64,000 nucleotides of DNA from Felis catus (GCF_018350175.1 NC_058368.1:104410001-104474000); one strand, 5' to 3'; shown: positions 23,651 through 37,348, counted from the first letter of the stretch. The notes: generated from the letters alone by a model not told the origin. Numbers and translations: made by a program.

Positions 23651-25719
23651 ACAGGTTTTCATCTGTTTTCTAGCCCTTTTTGTTTTGATTATAAACAAGT
23701 GAGCAAAGATTGAATAGATTCATGATTGTCTACTTACAAGGGAAAGTATTTTTATGACCTGTTAGAAATTTTTGTATGAATTCGTTGTCTAGAGAAGCAA
23801 CATCTGAATTTGGGAAATACTTCAACAGAAATAAGTGATCCTAAAACAATGTATTTGTCCTTTAAAAAATAAACTAGGGTAATACATCGCCCTTGGTATT
23901 TTTGTCGCATGAAGCAAGACAGTATCAGGTGCAATACCCATAAAAACCAAAATAGAAGATTTGACCAATCTTAGGTAACTTGTCAAAGTTACCGGGTAGG
24001 AAAAAAAAAAAAAAAACCCTTAGGATGTTACTGCTAATTGTTGGGGGGCGGGGAAGGGAAATGCTGCCTTAAAAAGAAAATTGAAAAGCAAACCAAGTAC
24101 CTGCATTTTCTGCTTGAGTAAATGGCATAAAAGATGTTTGCTACAGAGATTTATTTATTAGTTTGAACTAACAGAAGATCAGTTTGATCTAAGACACTGA
24201 AAATTTTTAGAACTGGAAGCTGACAGAAACTTAAGCTTAGTTTTTAAATTGGTGAATCTTTCAAGAAACAAAAAATCGAGGGAGTTTTTTCAGCAGCTGA
24301 AGAAAAGCAAGCGGAGAATCAATTCTTCCATCGTCTTCCGTTAGGAAAGCCAAAGGAAAATGGGCTAGGATGTCAAAATGTCAAGGATACTCACTTTAAA
24401 CTCCTGAAGTTCGTCAAACTAATTCACCAGTATTTTCTGGCATTCTCTCTCCTGTGTGTAACAGAAAACTGGCCTAAGGGGTGGCATCAGAGGGCTAAAG
24501 CGCCTCTCTAAAGAGTACTCCTACCTTGGGGCTTATTTTCAATATTTAATACAACATTGGACTGTCTCACACCTTCGCCCATTCTGGCTGAGGGCGCTCG
24601 CTCCCTCAGTGAACTAGCTGCTTGGGCCAAGTGTCACAGACGTCAGCCGGTCCTTCAGTTGATACCTTAGAGGGTATCTGACAGAAGGATCTGGAACTAT
24701 GGTTCGTTCGCATGACTTCACCCAGATTCTGCCAGACCGTAACCTCTGCCCTCCTCCCCACTTCCCCGCTGCTGTGTCTCACCCGTCCTTGGCCTGAGGT
24801 GGAACTAACACCGTAGGGTGAAGGGCGCAACACAGAGAAGATGACAAGATCCGCCCCAGTGCAGTGTTCCGGTCAGCAGATTTACCAATTTAAAAACATA
24901 ATGCTGGTTAATCCGAGTTTCCCTGGTCGCTCTCTTTCCTACACATACCTAAACACATTCCATTTCCTAATTAACTTACTAACTGGTATGGTTTATTCCC
25001 CTCCTGACAGACTGCAGTTTCTCCAGAGTTAGGAGCTAGGGCAGATGCAATACTGGCTATTGCATAAAGGCGCTAAGTGCAGGTGCAAAAAGAAACATTT
25101 ACCAAATGGTTTCTAAATTGAGAGCCCGAATCTGGAGGGTTTCTCTCTTCCTAACGGTCCACGTCTTTGGAGAATTAAGCTTAAAGAATGATTTTCTGGA
25201 ATTTTAAGATGTGCATCTAGTGAGCTTTCTCCTATGGTCCTGTTATGGTTGTTGGAGGCTGGGGTCCAGAGAGCCGGTGCCTCTTAATCCCTCAGCCCAT
25301 GGGTCTGGTAGGTCTCCTGAGCACGTGGGATGTTGACTTCTGAAAGGAAGCGGGAGGTTTCAGTGCCAGATCAGTAGAAACAGCTGAGGCAGAGGGCAGC
25401 ATGGTGAGTCCAGGCTTCTGAGCAGGTGAACCAGACTGGCACGAGGTGAGAGAAGGGTCACATGCCCCCCCACCCCCCCCCCCGACCTCCCACAGCCAGT
25501 CCCAGCAGGAGCAGAGGATGGGGAGGGAATGACCTTGTGGAGGATGGGGCTTATTGGCAGCTAATGGAACGGGGATCTCCCTGACTTCCAAGGAGAGAGA
25601 GGCAGCAGGCTTCCTAGACAAAGCAAGGAGAGGGGATTTATCTTCCAGAACTCGAGCTGCGTTTCCTATGATGACTTTTTCCTTCACTCACATTGGAACG
25701 TGTCTTTTTTAAAGCTTCC

Positions 25720-25960
25720 ATTTCTTAAGCAATAAATATGAACTAGGAGCATTGCCAAGGGCTTTACCTACATGAGATCATTGTCCCCCGAACGATTATA
25801 TGAGATAAGGATATTTATAACGCCCATCTCCCAGACTGCAGATGAGGGATCCAGAGCTCTCTGTGTGTTAAACAACAGGCCCATGGAAAGAATTCACCAT
25901 GTTCACACTGGTCTGACTACCTCTTTAGCTAGGGCTCTTTAACATTAAACTGTACTGCTC
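25720..25960 (-). mobile_element. MIR (diverged)
   Basis: gcccat...cagatgagg...ggtctgact...gctctttaac antisense MIR layout. Confidence 0.55.
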
Positions 25961-26169
25961 CTCTTTTGTGAACTGAGGCACTGACTTCACAGAAGGTCGA
26001 TTTTGGAAAGGATAAACAACAAAAACTGCCAAGATGTTACACAGTCAAGGATTCATTCACAGCCATTGCCCACTCATTAGAAAGGAACATACATAAATGC
26101 TGTTTGGGAAGCCATTTTTAGCTATCACCGCCAGGAGAAATGTTTTGTGCTTGAGACTTTAGTTTTATT

Positions 26170-26398
26170 TATTTTTATTTTATTATTATTTTTTAATGTT
26201 TGTTTATTTTTGAGACTGAGACAGAAACAGAGTGCAAGCAAGGGAGGGACAGAAAGAAAGGGAGACACAGAATTCAAAGCAGGTTCCAGGCTCTGAGCCG
26301 TCAGCACGGAGCCTGACGTGGGGCTCAAACCCATGAACTGTGAGATCATGACCTGAGCTGAAGTCGGACGCTTAACCAACAGAGCCACCCAGGTGCCC
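26170..26398 (-). mobile_element. CAN-SINE (SINEC_Fc2-like)
   Basis: TSD tgagactttagtttt / tgaaactttagtttt. Confidence 0.93.
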
Positions 26399-26659
26399 TG
26401 AAACTTTAGTTTTATTAATGGCATATTAATGATATAGTATGCTGATAATGATATACATAATTAATTTATAGTGTATCATTATTAACGCTGGTTGAAGCCT
26501 AAACAGGGTTTGGAACTGTATAGAGAAGTGTTACAGATACAAGGTGAAACTCCTACAATAGCAGACAAAATAATGAATCAGTGAGACATGAAAGTCACCT
26601 AGAGAGAGGATTTTATCTCTACTAGTTTGTAAGTCCTGGTAGAGGCTTTCACGGTCACT

Positions 26660-27260
26660 GTCCTGCATTCCTAGTGGGAGTATAAAATGGTGAAACTACT
26701 TGAGAGGAGGTTTGGCAGTTTCTTATTATGTTAAGCATATATTTAACACACGGCCCAGCCTTGGGTATTTACCCAAGAGAAATGGAAACATACGTCCATG
26801 AAAAGACTTGGGCCCTTTCATTCCTAACAGCCCCCAACCGAAAGCAAGAGGTGAATGGATTAGTAACTTTTGGTATATTCATATAAGGAATACTACTCAG
26901 TAATAAGATGGAATGAACTACTAATCCCACGCAGCAACATACATGTATGTCATAGCTGTGTTGAAAGAAGCTGGACCCAAGGACATACAGAGTATGAGCC
27001 TGTTTGTCTGAAATTCTAGAGGCAAAATTAATCAATAGTGCCAGAAATCACATCACTGGTTGCTTGGGGCAAGGTGGGTACATGGTCGGGCGGCTGACCG
27101 CAAAGGGGCACATGATTCGAGGGAGGTGGAGACGTTCTGTGTATCGATGGAATGGTAGTTACATGGGTGTGCGTACACATTTGTCAAAGGCATTCAAATC
27201 ATATGCTCAAAATATTTTATTGTATATGAATTATACCTCACTAAGGTCGATTAAAAACAG
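26660..27260 (+). mobile_element. Ancient L1M 3' end
   Basis: gtgggagtataaaatggtg...tttggcagtttctt...gtatttacccaagagaaatg...tgaattatacctca. Confidence 0.8.
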
Positions 27261-27793
27261 AAAGGCCTACTGGCTGACAAAGGAGTATGCATTGAAAAAC
27301 CAAAAATCTCTCCCTCTCTGTCACTCTCCCCTGAAATGTTTTCTGTGTCTCATGCTCATTTCAGGAAGTTTATATCCTGTTATTTTTCCTTAGTTGCAAG
27401 ACTGATTCTTGTTTGTGAAAGCCAAGTGGAAAAAAAAATTAGAAAACTTTAAAATAAAGCTATTAAGGATTTCTCAACTACCTTAGCTGGATAATCAGAT
27501 TTCCTCAATTGTTGAGGTTTTACTACTCGGAGCATTCTTAAAATGCTATTTTCTAAAACGAGTATTTACCTCCACATGCCTTAAATAACATTTACGGAAC
27601 ACAGTTTAATCCTCTCTGAATGCCTCCAGGTCATCGCTGTGAATATCACAAGTTGTAACATAGCGATGATGTCGGATTGTTAAGGCACATATGACTCTTT
27701 GCTTCTGGGCTAAGTGGCCTCAGAATACTTAGGCTTTTTCAGCTGTTATATGTGCATCTTATTCTTGATTGTGTCTTGTTTGGTTGTCAGCAA

Positions 27794-27834
27794 ATATATA
27801 TATATATATTTATATTTATATTTATATATTTATG

Positions 27835-27881
<47 letters not shown>
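27794..27881. repeat. Interrupted (TA)n microsatellite
   Basis: TA runs, including >40 bp perfect at ~27837-27881. Confidence 0.95.
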
Positions 27882-27885
<4 letters not shown>

Positions 27886-27974
27886 CTTTTTTTTTCTCCT
27901 GTTTGTCTCCCTGTAGAAACTGCTTTTCTCGCAGCCTTCTAAGAGAATCGGACTAACAGAACCATATAGAGAGC

Positions 27975-28095
27975 AGTGGTCCCCAACCACTGATTTTCCA
28001 ATCGGCAGTTGACTGGTTTCAAGTAAAGTACCTGGAAACTTGTCAAAACCATAGCAGCCCTGGCCCTGTCCTCGGTGATTCTAACTCAGTGTATA
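27975..28095. mobile_element. hAT-Charlie/MER5-like relic
   Basis: Starts cagtggtccccaacc; contains acctggaaacttgtcaaaa...gattctaactcagt. Confidence 0.45.
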
Positions 28096-28159
28096 TCACA
28101 CATTATTTTTGATTATGGAAATATGCTTGGCCCCACTGGCCAAATCCACCTTGCTGCCT

Positions 28160-29470
28160 GTTTTTTAAAAACTGAAACAGAATTTACATACCATAAAATA
28201 CACCCTTTTAGGTCTACCATTGAGTGGTTTTAGTATTTCACAAAGTTGTGTGGCCATCAGACTTCCCCCAGCCCCCGACAACCACGAATCCACTAGTCAC
28301 ATTTCTGTGTCTATGGCTTTGCCTATTCTGGACATTTAACGTAAATGGAATCACACAATATGTGGCTTTTTGTATCTGGCTTCTTTCACTTAATGTTTTC
28401 AAGGTTCATCCATGTCACAGCATGTATCAGTATTTCAAACTCCTTTCTAAAGGTAAATAATACCTCATTGTGTAAATATACCACATTTTGTTTATCCACT
28501 CATTAGTTGATGGACATTTGAGTTGTTTCCACTTTTTGGCTTTAAGGAACAAGGCTGCTGCGAGCATTCATGTACAAGCTTTCATGTCTTCTGTTCTATT
28601 GGGTATATACCTAGGAGTGGAATTGCTGGGTCCTACGGTAACTCTGTTTTTAAGTTTTTGAGGGACTGCCAGGCTGTTTTCCCAAGTGGCTGTGCCATTT
28701 TATATTCCTACCAGCAACATGTGAGGGTTCCAATTTCTCCAAATCCTTGTTGACTCTTGGTATCTTCTATCTTTTTGATTCTAGCTATCTTAGTGTGATG
28801 TGCCATCTCATTGTGTTTTTGACTCCTATTTCCCTAATGATGAATGATGTTGAGCATTTTTTTTTGTGCGTATCAGCCATGTGTACATCTTCTTTGGAGA
28901 AATGTCTGTTCAAATATTTGATGACTTTTATTTTATTTTATTTTTTTTTTCAACGTTTTTTATTTTTATTTTTGGGACAGAGAGAGACAGAGCATGAACA
29001 GGGGAGGGGCAGAGAGAGAGGGAGACACAGAATCAGAAACAGGCTCCAGGCTCTGAGCCATCAGCCCAGAGCCCGACGCGGGGCTCGAACTCACGGACCG
29101 CGAGATCGTGACCTGGCTGAAGTCGGACGCTTAACCGACTGCGCCACCCAGGCGCCCCTATTTGATGACTTTTAAAATCAGGTTATTTGGGTTTTTTATC
29201 GTTGAGTTGTAAGTTGAGTTTTTAAAAATACGTTCTAGGTACTAGACCCTCTTCAGATATATGATTTCCAAATATTTCCTACTCTTCACTTGCTCTCTTG
29301 ATAGTGTCCTTTGAAGCACAAAGGTTTTAATTTTTAATTATCTATTTTTTGCTTGATTGCCTGTACTATAGGTGTCATAGCTAAGAAACTATTGCCTAAC
29401 CCAAGATCATGAAGATTTACACCTAAGTTTTCTTCTAAGTGTTTTATAGTTTTAGCTCTTACATTTAGGT
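28160..29470 (-). mobile_element. L1MB-like 3' region, antisense
   Basis: ccacattttgtttatccactcattagttgatggacatttg..., cctaggagtggaattgctgggtc..., tctttggagaaatgtctgttcaa. Confidence 0.9.
28931..29158 (-). mobile_element. Young feline CAN-SINE nested in L1MB
   Basis: Perfect TSD tatttgatgactttta 28915-28930 / 29159-29174. Confidence 0.96.
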
Positions 29471-29575
29471 TAAAAAAAAAAAAAAGCTTCTCATGTGATT
29501 CTGAGGCACGACTAGTTTTTAAGACTGAGAAGATTTTGGCAGCCTCCAAGAATTTCTTTAAAAGGAACACGCTCT

Positions 29576-29756
29576 GGGGCACCTGGGTGGCTCAGTCAGT
29601 TGAGTATCCAACTTGATTTCGGCTCAGGTGATGATCTTGCCGTTCATGGGTTCAAGCCCCTATCAGGCTTGAACTGGTGGTGTGGATCCTGCTTGGGATT
29701 CTCTCTCTCTGCCTTGTGCTCTCTCTCTCTCTCTCAAAATAAATAAACTTAAAAAA
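29576..29756 (+). mobile_element. Older CAN-SINE
   Basis: TSD aaaaggaacacgct / aaaaggaacaagct. Confidence 0.9.
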
Positions 29757-30215
29757 AAAAGGAACAAGCTTTGGTGTGCAGTTTTCATAATATACATGTT
29801 GAATGATAAAAGGTCTTTTCGGTCTACTTTTTCTGGGTTACAGATGGCTAAGATGTTCAGAGAGTTGATTCAGGAAGACTGTGTATTACTGTTTAGGTGT
29901 ATAGTCACGTATAGTCACCTCTTAGTACCAAACAAACTAAAACAAGTTTAGGAGGAGCTCCTTACACGTTCCAAGTTTAACATACAGACTGTCATCTTAA
30001 GTCAGTTTCAACGTATGGTGCCCCATAGTTCTGATCCAGGTATTGGGAAATGTTGTGGAGAAGAGAAAGCTAAAGTCAGCAGCTGGGACCTAGCTAGCTT
30101 TCAAAGGACGATGGCACGATTGCCACATTTCTTCCATCTGCAGAAAGAAAGATAAGCAGGTACAACCACAAACCATCAGTTGCCAGTTGACAGTTTGTCC
30201 CAGAGACCCTGAGGC

Positions 30216-30385
30216 CAGTGGCTTTCAAACTCCAGTGAACGTCGCGATCACCAGAAGAGCTTGTAAAAACCCAGATCCCTGCGCCCCACTCCCAGAAATG
30301 CTGGGAACCTGATTTTGCCTTTTTGATATGCTAGCAGATTAGGTTAATGATGATGGCCCTAGGATCCCACTTTGAGGATAAATGG
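30216..30385. mobile_element. MER5-like hAT-Charlie MITE
   Basis: cagtggctttcaaact...atcacc...gagcttgtaaaaa...gccccactcccaga...ccactttgag. Confidence 0.6.
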
Positions 30386-32493
30386 GTGGTCCATCCTGCC
30401 CTGTTGCTTCCAGAACATTGATCAAGCAAGCATTAAGCCAGAAGACTCATCTGGGGCTCCTCCTTGGTTGTGAACATGCTAAAAGTATATACCAAGGAAG
30501 TTATGAAGCCATAAATTATTTTAAAATCTTCATCAACAGTCTGATTTCAGGTTCCAAGGGTACGGTTATTTTTCCAAATGCCATTTGGTCACTTGGAAGA
30601 GTTTCCGGATTTCGATAAAAATAGCAGGGATCATCTAAATTGCATTGTTTTTCTTACTTTTTTTTTTTTGATATTTGCTCTTACTCCATGCATGTAGACA
30701 TCGACAGTGGTTAGGAATGCTATTCAGGAACATCTCCTGTGTTTGTGATAATGGATTTGACCTGTGGCCAAATGGTACTCGTGAGAGATGTGGTTGTGAC
30801 TTTGACAGATTGAGCCAAAGTTATATTCTGATGAACTGCAAAGGAATTTTATCAGTCCCAGGATGTCGGCCAGCTGAATTTGACAAAGGAGTGACTTTCC
30901 AAAATGTCCTGAGCAATTCATGTTTATTCCGTCACCTCTATTTCCAGCGTTGTCAAAGGTCAGCTAAAAACTTCATTTCCCTAGTTTCTGCCATTTTCAG
31001 GACCACAAGTTTAAACCTGAGAACCAAATGTTAAGCTGTGTTCCTGCCTCTTACAAATCAGCAAGAACAGAGCTCAGCAAGCAGAGGGGAGTTTACAATT
31101 TTGCTGATGCCATAGAGACAGAATGAGACCTCAGCTTGTTTGGCTATTCAGTAGAGAAGGTAAGTAGAAAATGTCTCTGTGGGTAAATCGCAGAGATTCA
31201 GGAACAGAGAAATCTGTCAGGCCAGCCGCAAGAATACGTTTTGCATTTAGGTCCTTAAAACAGTACTGGAAGTCAGCTAATTATTTTTTGAGACAAGTGG
31301 AACGTTTGCTTTGAGAAGAGCCAGAAGTGCTGTGCCAACCCAGTCAGTCTGCAGCATCCCTGCAGCTGGCTCGGCGGGGCTCTGCTCTACTGTCGTTTGC
31401 AAACTCCCAAGCCCTCTGTCTCCCAGACCACCCACAGGACGGATCTGGTATCCAGCCCTTACCATGCTCCAAGGAGCAAGCACACGTTTTCTTTTAAACA
31501 GACTGCAAACCAACCCAAAGAAAAGTTACCTTAGTATCCCTATGTCCACAGGAGGAAATGTGTACGTAGCATTTTAATCCCAGTGAGTGATATTAGTCAC
31601 TAGGCTTCTCGGGAGTTCGACGCTGTTATCCCTCCCCCACTTTTCTAAATTATAATGTCAATAACTGCATTTGCACAGAAATCGCCCTAACTGGGTAGCT
31701 ACTTCATTAAATTATCACATGATTCCTATTTTATAGGTACAAAATACTTGATCTCAGTGAACTGGCGACTTTAGAAACTTAGGAGGCAAATTAGAGCAAT
31801 TACTAATAAATTATACGTGTGGTAACTAACAATTTGTCTATCACCTAGAAATATGAGGAAAAAATGCCAGACTTCTTGTTCCTGCACAGCCCTTTTCATT
31901 TTTTCCCTTTCCAATACCAAAAGCTTGGATTATCCACACCGGTTCCGCCAAGACTGCTGTTGCTTTCCAGAGTCCAACGTTCGTAACACGAAGTTAGGAA
32001 CACAACGGCGGGATCTGCAATCTGTTTGGGGTGGAGGGTGTGACTGCTTCAAATTAAAAACAAAAAAATAAAGGGGAAAAAAAAAACCCACCCTAAGCCA
32101 AGAAGTGAGTTTCACATCAGCTTTCCCTAAGTAAGTTCGCAGAGGAAATAATGGCCAGGAGGCAGGGGCAAAAATTCTCCTCGCTCATGATCACCATTCA
32201 CCATCGCTACTATGTGGTGTTTCTGGGAGAGGCAGTTTGATGGCATTAGAGGAAGTTCTGTGTTATAAATCATCTGTAGTTCTGGGGGAGGAGGTGCGAT
32301 TAGGTCAATTAACAAGATGATATCTTTCTCTTCTTTCGTGCTTGTCTCATCCAGCCCCCGGGTGTGCTGTTCCACATGAAAGGCATTGATGTCATTCATT
32401 AATTGTAGGTCAGGTTCCCCTATCAGCATCTTCCTCCCACCTGGTACAGCCTTACCATCATCCACTCACATCCCCAGCCGGTTTCAACTTCTT

Positions 32494-32687
32494 GTTTTCT
32501 TTTTAAGTTTATTTCTTTTGGGGGGGGGGGGGAAGAGCAGAGACAGAGGGAGAGAGAGAATCCCCAGCAGTCTCCGAACTGTCAGCATGGAGCCCAACAT
32601 GTAGCCTGATCTCACGAACCGTGAGATCATGACCTGAGCCCAAACCAAGAGTCGGAATCTCAACCGACTGAGCCACCCAGGCGTCCC
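32494..32687 (-). mobile_element. Older CAN-SINE
   Basis: Reverse SINE body with a G13 run in the linker. Confidence 0.88.
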
Positions 32688-33855
32688 TGGTTTCATTTTC
32701 TGTGGCTGCTGTAAAAATCCTAAGTGCGGCAAGAGAGGCCTTTACAACCGTTTGCTTGAATTCGTCCTCACTGGCCTCTTGTACGAATGAGGAGAGAAAA
32801 AAAAAAGTATCCTGATCTTGGGGAAAAGAGGTCCAATGTCTAGGATCTAGATGTTGGGACAAGATGTAAAAAAAATATAATAATAATAATGCTGGAAAAA
32901 GACCTGTAGATTTAAAAAGTTTTAGCTACCAATCGCAAATACCCTCCAGCAGTGGAGAAAATTTGTTTTCTGCATGATTTATACACTGCATTTCCCCCTT
33001 ATACCCAGCAAAAATTAGATACTTATTTCTCTACATTTCATGATGTCAGTTTTCAAATATATTCTTTTTTACACTGAGTATAAGTATTTGTTTATAATCC
33101 ATAGTTACACATTTTACTGGAAAATTTCATTATTTTTTCCCCCATACTCTTTCTTTAGTTATTTGTGCCACCTGCCTGGGTATAGGTAGATGTCACCATG
33201 TCATCATGTCTCCCTGGAGAGTCACATGGGCAAAGAGCTCCCTTGAGATGTTAGGGAGAATAAAGAGTAATCACACTCATTGTTTTCTACTAGTACAATG
33301 AGCAGAGTTTAACAAGAGCAACCTCCTGGGAATTGCAAACACCTTTCTAAATAACCAGGGATGGTGTGCTTTCACAACCTGACCTGCATAGTTCTGCAGG
33401 CTCCCAGGGGAGGGGGCAGGGGCGTGGGGCGGGGTGGGGGGCGGGCGGTGACTGCCCTGTGCCCACAGACTTGCGTGTTGGGTCACACTAACTGGGTGAG
33501 TCAACACATCCTGCGGCAGCCTGTCATTTGTGGGGGCCTGAGCAGGTGCAGCCCAGTGGAATCCCACTCCTCTGGGGATCGTGCCAGGCGAAGCAAGCGA
33601 GAGGCAGCACGGCTTTCACCTGCAGGGGATGCGCGTGCAAAGCTGGCGGCCCCGTAGGTCCTGCCCGTCCTGATTCCAGCGGAGACTCAGCCTCTCACCC
33701 CCCTCAGACACTCAGCTAGACAATCCCAGGAGCTCGGAAGGCAGCACAGGGAGTTGGGGGGAAACCGTCCTTAACTCTCACACCCCGTTTGCCTAAAATG
33801 CATCGTGATGACCCCACTCAGTTCAGCAGTGCTAGAAATAAAAATGTTCGAGTGT

Positions 33856-34050
33856 GGGGCACCTGGGTGGCCCAGTCAGTTAAGCGTCCGACTTGGGCTC
33901 AGGTCACGATCTCACAGGTAGAAGGCTGGTGAGCTCCAGTCCCGCGTCCGGCTCTGTGCTGACCGCCCCCCCCCCCCCCCCAGCCTTCTTTGGATTCTCT
34001 CTCTCTGCCCCTCCCCCACTTGCACTCTCTCTCCCCAAAACAACATTGAA
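33856..34050 (+). mobile_element. CAN-SINE with internal C16 run
   Basis: ggggcacctgggtggcccagtcagttaagcgtccgact head. Confidence 0.88.
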
Positions 34051-34856
34051 AGCAATGTTTTTGAATTATTGCTTCTGCAACTATAAAGTAGTAAATTCTG
34101 TCTATTGGAATATACGTCACACAGTTTTGTAGTTCCTCACTATGTAGAACTGCCCAAGGCGATGGCCGGCAACATTATCTAAAAACCTTCATTATAATCT
34201 AGGGGCAGAAGAATGCCTCATACTACAAAGCAAACTGTTTTTTAAGGTGGGGGACCCTCCTCCCAAGAGGGTCTGATTGCTGACGACGATGGTCCAGGCC
34301 CCTGGCTCCCACCTTCCTCTGTCAAGGCTACGCCTAGCTGAGGGGAAAAAAGTCTGAAGTCACCACCGAAGGAGGTATAAGCCTCACCAGTCTTTTTGGC
34401 TAAAAGAGCATCTTGATTTTCTCCACATTTTGGCTTTGTTGTTCTTTGGATAATCAGAGGAGGAGGGTAACATAAGCAACCTTTTCATAATACTCTTGCT
34501 CTTGTATTTTGTTCAGAACTCACCACGGAAATGATTAAGAGCCTTAACTGGGGGTTTTCGCATCAAAATCAAAGGTGGCATATTTCAGTCTTTCGCATAT
34601 TGATCAAAGGTGGCAACTTTCTAGCCATGTTCATGTGATGAGCTCATTTAAAAATAGATTAGGAGGAGTCCTGACCACGATTTCAGATCACCATATGACA
34701 CATGGAAATGGTAGCTATTTGGACAGTAAGAAAACAGGTGTTTTTTTTTTTTTTTTTTCTGTAACCTACACTCGTTTTTATATATTCTGTCACAGTCTGG
34801 GCACGACTTTATCCCAATAAGTTCATTTTTATCAATGACTTAAAAGCCTTAACAAA

Positions 34857-35058
34857 GGGGAGCCTGGGTGGCTCAGCCCATGAAGCATCTGGCTCTTGAT
34901 TTTGGCTCAGGTGATGATCTCATGGTTCATGAGACTGAGCCCCGAGTCAGGCTTTGTGCTGACAGTAAGGAGCCTGCTTGGGATTCTCTCTCTTTCCTCT
35001 CTCTGCTCCTCCCCGACGCACGCCCTCTCTCTCCCTCAAAATAACCAAATAAACTTGA
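34857..35058 (+). mobile_element. Older CAN-SINE
   Basis: SINE head, CT linker, aataaac tail. Confidence 0.88.
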
Positions 35059-36836
35059 AAACTTAGTGACAAGTTAAGTTGCACGTGATACCTGAAGTCA
35101 TCTGGCTAACACAGTCCTACTGAAATCTTTCAACGTAGAATACAGCAGTCTCATAGTGAAACCTGACTACCACACTTTCGTGTTTTCCCACATGTAAGTT
35201 CAAGTTATGTTTTCACAGGTATAATATTCTGGTGAAGTTATACGAGAAGCTCCAGCTTGGGATCATATTTCCTCATCAGCCAGACATCCTGGGATGCTGA
35301 TTGCTAGCCTGGAGGTACACAGAACATGGGGATGGGGAAGGCATTCTCCTGGGTCTAGGCAGAGCAAAGTGTGTTCACAGACCAGTGTGAAGGGCAGGAG
35401 GCTTTTAGACAGTGGGTCAGGATCCGCGTGGGTAAAGTTAAAACCCAGAACAGCTGTACTGGCTAAAACTCATGGTTCAAAAGTCAACCTTCACGTGGAA
35501 GCACTTGAATCAAGGGAATGTAAGGATCATTAAATAAGATCGGTCTTCTCTAAATGGAAAATGTACCTCATTTTCTCTCCATGCCACGTCATGTCCCCTA
35601 CAGGCATGTCCCTATGTGTCTTTTGGTTCCTTTTACTCCCTGGGGAGTGGCCTGCTATTCTTACGTCTCTTTCTTTCTCTGGTGAATCCCCAGGGAGATG
35701 CTAAAAAAAAAAAAAAAAAAAAAAAAATCCTTCAATCAGGGGCCCACGGTCTTTTCTGTTTCTTTCCCTTCAAATAACTTTCTCGTACTTTCTTCTCCTT
35801 TGTCATCCAGGGAATGACAAATGAAAATGCTACCCCTCTACATTCATGGGGCTGAGACACACGTTCTTAACTCTTTTTTTCTTTCTGCTCACGATACATT
35901 GCCGATAGGTCCCTTCCTGGTTACGTCTGGGTGTCCACACCTCAGTGCGGGGTAGCTTGTGGGTAAAATTACCCAGAGCTCAGTGGGGCTTGGGGACAAA
36001 ACCTTATGTGACTCAGTCCATTTTGTTTTGTATTTTGCCAGCGTCTTCCCTTGGACACCCGCTCCCTTCTCGCTAGTTCGCCCTGCTTTCAAGTCCATGC
36101 CCGAGTTCCGTTGTTCCTTAGCTCCTCCACTGCTTGTGGTCCAGCTCGACTCCCTTTGCTTTGGGTCAGAGCTTGTGGAGACATCTGACCCATGTCAGGG
36201 GATTCAGCCCACTGGTGGTGATTGCTGCTGGCCGTTTACACAGGTGTCCCCTGGCTCCTCATTCCCTCGGGGCATCCCTGTCCCCAGCCCTGGGCAGCAT
36301 GGGGAACACACCCATCCACCCCTTTGCCTGCTCACCCAGCAGGTGCTCGGGAGTGTGCCTGTGTGACAGCTTTCCTGACTGCGCTTACCCTCCACTGGCG
36401 CAGATTTACTTCTGGTCTCATCCTCTAAGGCAGGTCCCAGAAGCTTTTTTAAGAGGAAGGAAGGTCTGTGTGTTCGAGTGACGATGCCTACCATAAACAC
36501 CCTGTTATCTGGCCATATTCAGAGGCAGGGGGTTGGTTTATCAGCCGTGACCAGGCTGGCACCCCACCCAACATAATCAGCACGTGTGCATGTAACAGTG
36601 GGGCTCTGCTTTGGGTGTGAGAAAAATGGGCAGATACCAGGGTGCTGTGGGGTTCACACGAGGTCACACTGCCGAGGACAGTCTCAGTGTGCAATGTTTC
36701 TTGGATGAGGCCGGCAAGTCATGGCTGTTTTTAGTTGTGGATTCTATAATCGATCACTTTCCCCTCTTTGCATTGGCTGCTGGAAAGCTTAGTGCTAAAC
36801 CTGAAGGATGCCTGGTTTGCATGAGTTTGAATGGAT

Positions 36837-37053
36837 TTTTTTTTAAATGTTTATTTATTTTTTGACAGAGAGAGAGAGAGACAGAGCATGAGCGGGGGAG
36901 GGGCAGCAAGAGAGGGAGACATAGACTCCAAAGCAGGCTCCAAGCTCTGAGCTGTCAGCGCAGAGCCCGACGCGGGGCTCGAACTCACTAGCTGTGAGAT
37001 CATGACCTGGGCCAAAGTTGGATGCCCAACCGACTGAGCCACGCAGGTGCCCC
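36837..37053 (-). mobile_element. CAN-SINE (SINEC_Fc2-like)
   Basis: TSD agtttgaatggat / aatttgaacggat. Confidence 0.93.
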
Positions 37054-37130
37054 AATTTGAACGGATGTTTATGAGTGAATTTGAATGAATTTTTATAATA
37101 CCCTTACTTACTCACCAGTCCATTTTATGT

Positions 37131-37348
37131 ATTTTTTTTAAAACCTTTTTTTTTTTTTTTTTTTTTGAGAGAGAGAGAGAGAGAGAGCACGGAAACCGGG
37201 GAGAGGGGCAGAAGGAGAGATAGAATCTGAAGTAGGCTCCACACTCAGTGCAGAGCCCAATGCGGGGCTCCATCCCACAGCCCTGGGATCATGACCTGCG
37301 ATGAAATCAAGAGTTGGACGCTCAACTGACTGAGCCATCCAGCGCCCC
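37131..37348 (-). mobile_element. Older CAN-SINE
   Basis: TSD cattttatgt on both sides. Confidence 0.9.

Noticed and set aside
23974..23993. ggtaactt-gtca-aagttacc hairpin (similar 8 bp stem at ~60473-60493)
   Set aside because: 8 bp stems are expected by chance in 64 kb and are too short for a pre-miRNA
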